Positions 18,638-26,700 of a stretch of 64,000 bases of DNA are shown piece after piece (positions within the stretch are counted from its first letter, which is position 1; the number at the start of each line of letters is the position of its first letter). The notes below the pieces were generated by a model that was given only the letters and a program-made list of their open reading frames with translations, ran no database searches and was not told the origin of the DNA. Made by a program: the position numbers and the translations under genes. The stretch comes from Rubripirellula sp. (GTDB taxonomy: Bacteria > Planctomycetota > Planctomycetia > Pirellulales > Pirellulaceae): contig OZ244207.1 in assembly GCA_965216875.1 (NCBI GenBank), forward strand, positions 7,872,001 through 7,936,000, given 5' to 3'.

Positions 18638-21484
18638 CTACTCTTTGGTTTCACCAAACAGGACGCCAGGGACGTAGATCGCGACTCCGATCAGGACCGA
18701 GAGCATCCAGGGTTGCAATGCCGAACCGACTCCCGGAACTCCAAAGTCTTGGCCGAACAAGATGATGACGGTGGCGACGACCGCGAACGGTGTCATCCGC
18801 CAGCCAGAGACGAACGCAGACATGACAAGCAGCAAACCGGCGATGCCGATCGACCATTTGCGCCCCGAGTTGCTGTCGAGTTCTGCTGCCGAATCTTGCA
18901 GTGCCGTCACTTCACCCTGATCGATTGAACCCGTTTGAGCGGCTGATTCGGCAATCGATTTGACTTGATCAAGCAACCCTGTCTGTTGGGCCCAGATGGC
19001 GAAGATCGCGAGCAAGATACAACCGGCAAGCAGTCGGGTTTGGCCGCCCAGAGCGAATCGGATGATCGAAAACCGTTTCGGTGCCGACTTGTACTTGCCA
19101 CTTCGCGCGTCGGCAAGCATCGCCTTCATTCGCTGCCGTTTTGCTTCGGCCGCAGCATCCACGTTTTCGCTCGGGGCCGTTTGCGGCTTGGCAACTTCCA
19201 TAATCGCTGCGGCCATTTGCCAGCCACGGTCGCGGGCTTCGTCTGCACTGAGTCCTTCGCTTTGCAAGCCGCGTTGTTCGATCTTTGCGAGCCGCTTGTG
19301 ATCGCGAGCCTGTTTGTTGGCGAGTGATTTTTCGGAAAGGCTTTCGCAAACCTTGTCACGCAATGTTCGGCGCCGCGCTGACGCGGAAAGTGCGGGGTCG
19401 CTTTTGAGTTGTTGCCGAATCGTCTGCAACGCTTCATAGCCAAACAGCGTTTCATACAACCCTTGCCACGACTTGCCACCATAACGTGCGGCAAACAGTC
19501 GAACGCCGTCTTCATCGGCTCCTTCGATACGAAGGTTTCGCAAGAACCGTTCTGCGTCGTCGATGACGGCGGCAGCCTTTTTCCGAGTTGGGGCGACGAG
19601 GCCAAAGTGGAAAGCGGCTCCTGCAGCACAGCCCAGCAGCGCGCCGACGATCACACCGACAGCGGCACCTGACGCGAAACTGACCAACACCGCAACAAGG
19701 CAACCAACCACGCCGACGGCATAGTCAAACCATGAAAGCGAGCCAAACCAACGTCGCAGTTCATTGACGATGGCACTGCGGCCACCGCCGGCACCAAGCG
19801 CAAGCGCAGTCACGATTGCTGAGACGAACATTGCCGGGCCAAACAACAGCCAGCCCAATCCGATAAAGGGCATCACCAGCGTCAGCAGAGCACAAACGGT
19901 GGCGAAACAGGCAAACACCGGGCTGACCAATTTGGCCAATCGTGTGGCGGTTTGAAAACGCCGAGCGATCTCTTCCCATTGATCGGCTTGATCGGTGGAC
20001 GGCGAAAACGTACCCTCGCCACTGATGCCGAGGTACGCTTCCATGTCGTGAATCATTTCGGCGACCGACAGGTATCGGTCTTCAGGCCGCTTGGCCATCG
20101 ATCGGTCAACGATGGCTTGCAACGCTTCGGGGATCCGAGCATTGATCGTGTTCATCTGCGGCGGTGGCTGGTGCGCATGCTGCTCGAGCACTTCAGAGAC
20201 GACGCTGCCGTCAAAAGGAGGCTGTCCGGTCAGCATGTAAAACAGGGTGCAGCCAAGCGAGTAAATGTCGGCGCGGTGATCCACACCCGCAGCGTCAATG
20301 CTCTGTTCCGGGGCCATGTAGGCAGGTGTGCCGACGGCGGTGCCCTGCATCGTGACTTGCGTGCCACTCTCGACTCCGCTGATCGAAGAGGCGCCGACGT
20401 CCGATTCGGGGTCAATTTGATCAGGGATTTTGATGAGGCCGAGATCTGCGACTTTCACGACCCCTTCGTCACTGAGCAACAGGTTTGCGGGCTTGATGTC
20501 GCGATGCACCATGCCACTGCGATGGGCGTACTGCAGCCCCCGGGCGGCTTGCAACGTGTAGCCGACTGCGATTCTTGGTTCGATCGCACCCTTCTCTTGT
20601 ACGACATCGCTCAAGGGGCCACCGCGCACCCATTCCATTGAAAAGAAGTGTTTCCCTTCGTCTTCACCAAAGTCGTAAATCTGAACGACGTTGTGATGAG
20701 TCAACTGGGCCGCTGCATAAGCTTCGCGTGTGAATCGTGCCAACGACGACGCGTTGCCGGCGAGTCGACCACGGATCGTTTTGAGTGCGACAAGGCGATC
20801 GAGCGAGACTTGTTTGGCTTCGTAGACCGCACCCATGGCTCCCCGTCCCAACAGGCGAAGAATGCGGTAGCCGCCCAGTCGATCGGGGACCTCTCCGTCG
20901 TCGGTCGATCCGGTTTGCTTTGACTTGGACGATCCACCCGCCGAGACGACGGGCGATTTCGATGCCTGTGATTTTCCAGGTTTGACAACGACGCTCTCGT
21001 AGTCGTTGGCGGTGGCATCGATTGTCGATTCGACATTGCCCATCGTTCGAGCCGCGTTGCCTGTGGCGGTTTCAATGGTCGCTTGGATATTGGTTTGATC
21101 GCTTGTGGCGTCGACCGGGCCATCCATTGTTTCTTCGACGGTCGCGCCAACATCATCGGCGGCCGTCATCGATGGAAGTCCCGCATCGTGACTCTCTTCG
21201 CCCGCCATCGTTGCATCAATGCTTCCGCCACCGCCAACGGTTGCTGCCACTTTCGACGCTGGGGCCTTTGCAGGTTTGGATTCTTGTTTGGCGGAAGCGG
21301 CTTCCTGTTTGACGTTCGATTTCGCCGAGGGCTTTAGTTTTCCGACGGCGACTTTGGGCGGATCGTCATCGGAGACCTTGAGGCGAAACTGTTTGTGGCA
21401 ATGTTTGCACTTGGGGCGGTAGCTTCCTGGTTTCGGCTGACCGAGCGACAGTACCGATTCACATTCGGGGCACTTGATTCGCAT
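18638..21484 (-). CDS. Ser/Thr protein kinase with N-terminal zinc ribbon and multi-TM C-terminus
   Basis: CPEC...CKHC ribbon. GRGAMGAVY, VALK, HRDIKPAN, DLG, GTPAYMAPEQ and ADIYSLG. About 7 hydrophobic helices follow the kinase domain. Confidence 0.93.
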   Translation of the reverse strand: MRIKCPECESVLSLGQPKPGSYRPKCKHCHKQFRLKVSDDDPPKVAVGKLKPSAKSNVKQEAASAKQESKPAKAPASKVAATVGGGGSIDATMAGEESHDAGLPSMTAADDVGATVEETMDGPVDATSDQTNIQATIETATGNAARTMGNVESTIDATANDYESVVVKPGKSQASKSPVVSAGGSSKSKQTGSTDDGEVPDRLGGYRILRLLGRGAMGAVYEAKQVSLDRLVALKTIRGRLAGNASSLARFTREAYAAAQLTHHNVVQIYDFGEDEGKHFFSMEWVRGGPLSDVVQEKGAIEPRIAVGYTLQAARGLQYAHRSGMVHRDIKPANLLLSDEGVVKVADLGLIKIPDQIDPESDVGASSISGVESGTQVTMQGTAVGTPAYMAPEQSIDAAGVDHRADIYSLGCTLFYMLTGQPPFDGSVVSEVLEQHAHQPPPQMNTINARIPEALQAIVDRSMAKRPEDRYLSVAEMIHDMEAYLGISGEGTFSPSTDQADQWEEIARRFQTATRLAKLVSPVFACFATVCALLTLVMPFIGLGWLLFGPAMFVSAIVTALALGAGGGRSAIVNELRRWFGSLSWFDYAVGVVGCLVAVLVSFASGAAVGVIVGALLGCAAGAAFHFGLVAPTRKKAAAVIDDAERFLRNLRIEGADEDGVRLFAARYGGKSWQGLYETLFGYEALQTIRQQLKSDPALSASARRRTLRDKVCESLSEKSLANKQARDHKRLAKIEQRGLQSEGLSADEARDRGWQMAAAIMEVAKPQTAPSENVDAAAEAKRQRMKAMLADARSGKYKSAPKRFSIIRFALGGQTRLLAGCILLAIFAIWAQQTGLLDQVKSIAESAAQTGSIDQGEVTALQDSAAELDSNSGRKWSIGIAGLLLVMSAFVSGWRMTPFAVVATVIILFGQDFGVPGVGSALQPWMLSVLIGVAIYVPGVLFGETKE

Positions 21485-21596
21485 CTAACTTTCTCAATGA
21501 TGACGCTTTGGATTCGCTTGAGGTCGACTACCGCACAACAGAAACCTCGAGAGAAATGATACTAGTCGGGAATACGGGATGCACGTTTGCGTGGGT

Positions 21597-22877
21597 TCAG
21601 CTCCCACCGAACCATTGCCTCACTTTTCCTTTCCAAGCACCCCGAGTGGTGGGGGGCGTGGCGCCGGAAGGCAATCGGTCGGTATCGGCAAGACGGATCA
21701 GATGTTCTCCAATTCTGCCGCCAGCTTGACCTGGGAATTGAGTTTCAATGGCTTGAAGTTCCGCAGCGATGCGACCAGCCCAGGGATCGTCCCACCCGAC
21801 GGCTGCGACTGCCACCAATTTGATCAACGCTTGAATGTCGGTTTGGATTGAGGTCGCCAACGCGTCCGGTTCTGGTAATTCGCTCACCTCTCGTATCCAG
21901 CGATTGGCTCCTTCCAGATTGCAGATCGCATCCAAGATTTGAGGTTTGCCGTCATGACTGATCAACACGTTTCCGGCATGCAGTCCACCGTGGGTTGCAC
22001 CGCTGTCGTGTGCGGACTGCAGCGCGAAAGCGACCGACGCGATCGTGCGCAGTTGAGTGGATCGAGGGATCGATTCATCGCCGCGATGCCACGGTTGTGC
22101 GAAGACCCAGGGACGGACGATTGCCAAGCGACGGTTTTGAATTGCGGCCACCGTGGGCGCAATCCAATGTCGATTGCGAACCTTGGATGCCGTCTCGCAC
22201 GCGTCGAGAAGCCTCTGTTGTTGTTCGCCGCTGATCTGCGCTGGTAACTCGATGACCTTGAGCGCGAGTTTGTCGCCGCGGTCAACTTCGCGACCGCGAA
22301 AGAGCCAACGCCCAGGACTGCATGCGATCGATTCCTCGGGTACGAACCATTCCGGAAGCTCGACCGGAAACGCAATCTCCATTTTGCCGTCGTGAATTTC
22401 GGGCATCGGAGCAACGGAAAACTCGGCGGAGCCTTCGGTTGAATCATCGCTCACACGGCGCGAGTCGCCGAGTCCTATGATGGCCGATGCCATTGCGACT
22501 GGCGGTACGATGTCAAGCTGAACCAGTTCACCGATCGCGTCCCCATATTTCGGAAAGCGTTTGACATAGTCGTCCACGCTGACCGGTTGCCCAAGTTCCT
22601 GGGCGACGCAGATTTCGGCATCGATCAAATCGAGCACGTGCGATTCGCTGCCAAGTTCCGAGAATTCGTCGACATAGTCTTCGACGGTCGTCTTGTCTCC
22701 GAGACGTCGGCGATGCATCAGGTCGATACATGCGACATCGACCAGTCGGTCATTGGGTACCTTGTGACCAGAGAGCAGGTCACTCAATTTGGCGGTTCGA
22801 TTGTGTTGGCGTTGGCTACGGACCCACTGAATCAAATCATCGATAGAAATTCGGCTTGGGTCCGCGATGTGATCCAT
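21597..22877 (-). CDS. Kinase-like protein, probable pseudokinase
   Basis: Kinase-fold remnants: LALKVI, HGGLHAGNVLI in place of HRDLKPxN, and ILDA in place of DFG. Two N-terminal 'G..xveDYv.rFp' motifs. ATG 22877 is 1 bp after the sigma-factor stop. Confidence 0.8.
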   Translation of the reverse strand: MDHIADPSRISIDDLIQWVRSQRQHNRTAKLSDLLSGHKVPNDRLVDVACIDLMHRRRLGDKTTVEDYVDEFSELGSESHVLDLIDAEICVAQELGQPVSVDDYVKRFPKYGDAIGELVQLDIVPPVAMASAIIGLGDSRRVSDDSTEGSAEFSVAPMPEIHDGKMEIAFPVELPEWFVPEESIACSPGRWLFRGREVDRGDKLALKVIELPAQISGEQQQRLLDACETASKVRNRHWIAPTVAAIQNRRLAIVRPWVFAQPWHRGDESIPRSTQLRTIASVAFALQSAHDSGATHGGLHAGNVLISHDGKPQILDAICNLEGANRWIREVSELPEPDALATSIQTDIQALIKLVAVAAVGWDDPWAGRIAAELQAIETQFPGQAGGRIGEHLIRLADTDRLPSGATPPTTRGAWKGKVRQWFGGS

Positions 22878-22878
22878 C

Positions 22879-23499
22879 TCAGATGTCCTCTTCGCCCAAA
22901 CCAATGTCACGACGGACTCGGTCGAGTGCACGTTTGACTCGCATTCGCGCGGCATCGGGAGTCAAATCGAGCGCTTCGCCGATTTCTGCCCAATCGCGGT
23001 TTTCCAGCATTAGGTCGATTGCCTTGGCGTCTTTTTCGTTCAATTGCGAACGGATTTTTGTCAGCACTTCGCGGCGAAGCGCAATCTGGCTCGGCGTGTG
23101 TTGTTGCTGGGCGACCGTCATGTCTTCAACAGGCGTTGCTTCGTTGCGTCGAAAGTCACGACATTGTCGAGCAAGCGTGCGAAACGTATCGAGAACCTGG
23201 TTGTCGATCGCGCGCATGATGTACGCCAACACGTCATCGGGGCTGACGGTGTCATCGCCGTAGCGTTTGGCCAAGTCCGCCATCACATCGTTACAGATGT
23301 CCATCGACTCGGCTTGCCCCGTCAAACCGTATTGCCGCAAACGCGTTCTCGCTCGCCGTCGCAATTGGTCGCCGAAACGACGCCAAACGACCGCCAACGG
23401 CTGGCTCGATTCGGCCGACTCGCCGATGTTTGCCGAGCTGTCGTCGTTGCCCGAGGGCGACGCTGGTACGGGGGATTCCGGCTTCATGGGTTGACTCAC
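22879..23499 (-). CDS. ECF-type sigma-70 factor
   Basis: Region 2 (LRRRARTRL...ESMDICNDV...YIMRAIDNQVLDTFR) and region 4 HTH (DWAEIGEALDLTPDAARMRVKRALDRV). The TPSQIA linker is typical of planctomycete ECFs. Confidence 0.88.
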   Translation of the reverse strand: MSQPMKPESPVPASPSGNDDSSANIGESAESSQPLAVVWRRFGDQLRRRARTRLRQYGLTGQAESMDICNDVMADLAKRYGDDTVSPDDVLAYIMRAIDNQVLDTFRTLARQCRDFRRNEATPVEDMTVAQQQHTPSQIALRREVLTKIRSQLNEKDAKAIDLMLENRDWAEIGEALDLTPDAARMRVKRALDRVRRDIGLGEEDI

Positions 23500-23791
23500 T
23501 ACTGTCCTTGGCCGATGCGTCTATGCGGGTGGAAAAGAAAAGGGCGCCAAACGCACCACTCGCACAAACACAGTCCGCCAAACCGTTGGGCGAGATCTGG
23601 CGAAGAAACGAACAGCAAACCAGAAACAGCCAACGGGCTTCCCCCCAGTATGACTGATTCGTCGGAGATGTCCCGCTTTTTGAGGCACGATTCGCGACGC
23701 GGAGAGGCGGCATTCAAAAGCATGAGCCGCAACGCGATAACGTGCGGTTTTGGACAAAAGGCTGGATGACAAACCCTACCCAAGCCGCGAA

Positions 23792-26700
23792 TCACTCTGC
23801 GGCAGGTTCTTCAGCTTCGTCTTCCGATACCACGTCGTCTGCTTCTTCGCCCGCTTCTTCACCCTCGGTTTCTGATTTTGGCGACCCGGTCAATTGACGT
23901 TTCGCGTCGCCCATCAGTCCGAGCCCCTCGTGGATGCAGACACCTGCGACGACCACCGTCATCGCAACGGCAAGGTATCGCACGATGCCGGGCAAGAAGT
24001 AGTAGCATGCGACACCACACGCCAACGCAGCACACGCGAAACCGTATTGCATCACGCCCTTCATTTGAGTGTTTCGTGATTGAACACGAACGCTCTTGTT
24101 GATGGCGCTACGAGCGGATTCATTGGCCAGCTCTCGCATCGCCGACAGATTGCTGTGCTTTTCGGGGGCCTCGGATCGAGGCACCAAAGGTGCGTTGGGA
24201 TCTGCCGCCGGTTGAGGCTCAGCGACTTCTTCTTGCGGAGCTTCGAGGCTTTGCGAGAGGGGCTGGCTGAGTGGAGCGGAGGTCGACAGCGAGACGGTCT
24301 CTGGCTTGTCCTCGCCCTCTTCGCCAGGCTCGCCTTGAACGCGTTGCAGCAAACGGTTCATGTAGGCTTCGATCGAATCGTCATCCGCACCTTCGGGTAC
24401 TGACGGCAGGTCCCCAACCTCTGCTGGCAAACTGGCCTCCGCTGGCAAACTGGCCTCTTCCGGCAAACCGGCTTCTGCTGGCAAACCGGCTTCCGGCACA
24501 GGCGATTGCTCAAAGTCTTGGCTGTCGGACAGTTCCGAATTGTCAAACTGTTGCGTCGATTCGTAGTCCGAATCCTGTTCGAACTCCGTGCCCTCTTCTT
24601 GTTCGAACTGAGCAGTCGGTTCGTGGGCGTATTCGTCTTCGGTAAAGCTACCGCCTGAATCGAATCCGCCGTCTTGGTCGATCGATTCACTGCTGTACCC
24701 GTCCGACTCATTGGTCCATGAGCTCGAGTAGGCTTCTTCGGGGTGTTCTTGGTCCCAGCCCTGCGAGTCTTCGATGTCTTCGGCACCTTCGTCCATGACG
24801 TAGGTGTTCTCTGACGGTTGCTCTTGGTCGCGATCGGCGGCCAAGTCTTGGATCAACATGCTTGCGAGCGAACCATCGGCGACTTGGTCTTCCGATTCGG
24901 AACTCTCGTGCTGACCATCGACCGCTTGCTCGCCCTCATGCTCAGCAGTCCCGTATTCATCAGAGGCCTCCTGTTCTGGCGACGATCCCCACGCGCTGGC
25001 TTCATCTTGTGGAAGGTCTTCTGCCGCTGTCCAAGGTGACGTGACGCCATGTTCTTGTTCGTCCGCCGGCTCGCTCGCCCAAGAGTTTTCATCGCTTGAG
25101 GGTTCGATCGCCTCAGGTCCATCGTCCGAGCCCCAAGCCGATTCTTGAACGGGTGGTTGCTCAGCTTGCGACTCGGAGTCCCATGCCGATGAGGACGACC
25201 ATGGGTTCTCTGAATCCGAGTTTTCAGCAGCGGAGGGTTCGGGAGCATCGTCCCAATTCGCAGTGTGCTCGACCGAATTGGCGATCTCGTCGCTCGGCGT
25301 TTCGGAAGGTTCGCTCCACACCGACGACGATTCGCCCCAGGGGTTCTCGTCGCCACTCGCTTCGGGTTGCTCGCCGCCCCAAGCCGAATCGGAATCGGCC
25401 TCTGGAAGTGCTGCCTCGGGTTCGGGGCTGGCCGCCGTTTGAGGTTCGGTTTCAGGCGTGGCGGTGTCTTGGTACGCCTCGTCGATTGCCTCAGGTTGCG
25501 AAGCATCTTCGACTGGTTGCGAAGCATGTTGCTCGGCAGGTGCCTCGGCCATTTGGTAGGTCGGCCAGGCCTCGTCGTGTTCGTCCGTGACTTCGGACGC
25601 GGACGAATCCGCAAGCACGATGTCATCGCCGCCAGTTGGCTGTTGAGCGTCGTGACTGGTCGCGTCGTGACTGGTCCCGTCCTGGGCGGTGTCATCCTGG
25701 GTGGCGGCGTTGGACGCCGCGGCGGCTTCGACTTCATCAAGCCGGTTGCGAGCAGCATCGTATTCGCGTTTCATCTCTGCGAGCTGCTGATTCGCACAAT
25801 CGAGTTCTTCGCGGAGCGACAGCCAGGCTTCGTCGCTTGGGCGGTCGTCGATTTGCTTTTGGATCTCGTCACGTTCTTGGCTGATTTGTTCGCGAAGCGA
25901 TTGGATTTCGTCTCGTTCCGCGGCAATGTCGTCCCGTTCCGAGGTGAGCGATTCTTTGTGTTGCTCGAGCTCGTCACGTTCGGATTTCAAAGCGTCTCGC
26001 TGAGCGGCCAACTCATTTCGTTCGGCGACCAGCTCGTCACGTTCGCTGGCAAGATCATCGCGCTGAGCCGAGATCTCGTCTCGCGTCGTCACGGCCTGTT
26101 CACGCTGTGCGGTCGCTTCGTCACGCTCGGCGAGCACCAGGTCTTGTCGTGCGGAGAGTTCGTCGCGTTCTGCCGATAGCTCATCACGCTGGGACGAAAG
26201 TTCGTCGCGCTCGGCGGTCAGTTCATCTCGTTCCGAAGCAATCTCATCGCGCTGCGCAGTGATCTCGTCGCGCTGCGCAGTGACCTCGTCACGCTGTGCA
26301 GTGATCTCATCACGTTCCGTTGCGAGCTCGTCACGCTGTGTGGTGATCTCATCACGCTGTTTTGCGATTTCATCGCGTTCGCCGGCGATTTCGTCGCGTT
26401 GGCGAGTGACCTCTTCAAGTTCAGCACCAATTCGTTGAAGTTCCGCCAGCGTGTCTTCGTGCTGAGATTGAAGGTGATCGCGTTGTTGGTTGAGGTGATC
26501 GCGTTGTTCGGTCACTTCGTCGCGCTGAGAAACGAAATCATCGCGTTGGCCCGAAAGGTCGTCCAGTCGCGATTGCGCTTCATCACGCTGCTCGGTGACT
26601 TGGTTGAGTTCGTCGGCGATCCGATCACGTTGCTCGGCCAAGTCACCGTGTTGCGATTCCAGATCGCTTTGCTTCGAGACAAGTGATTCGACGTTGGCAG

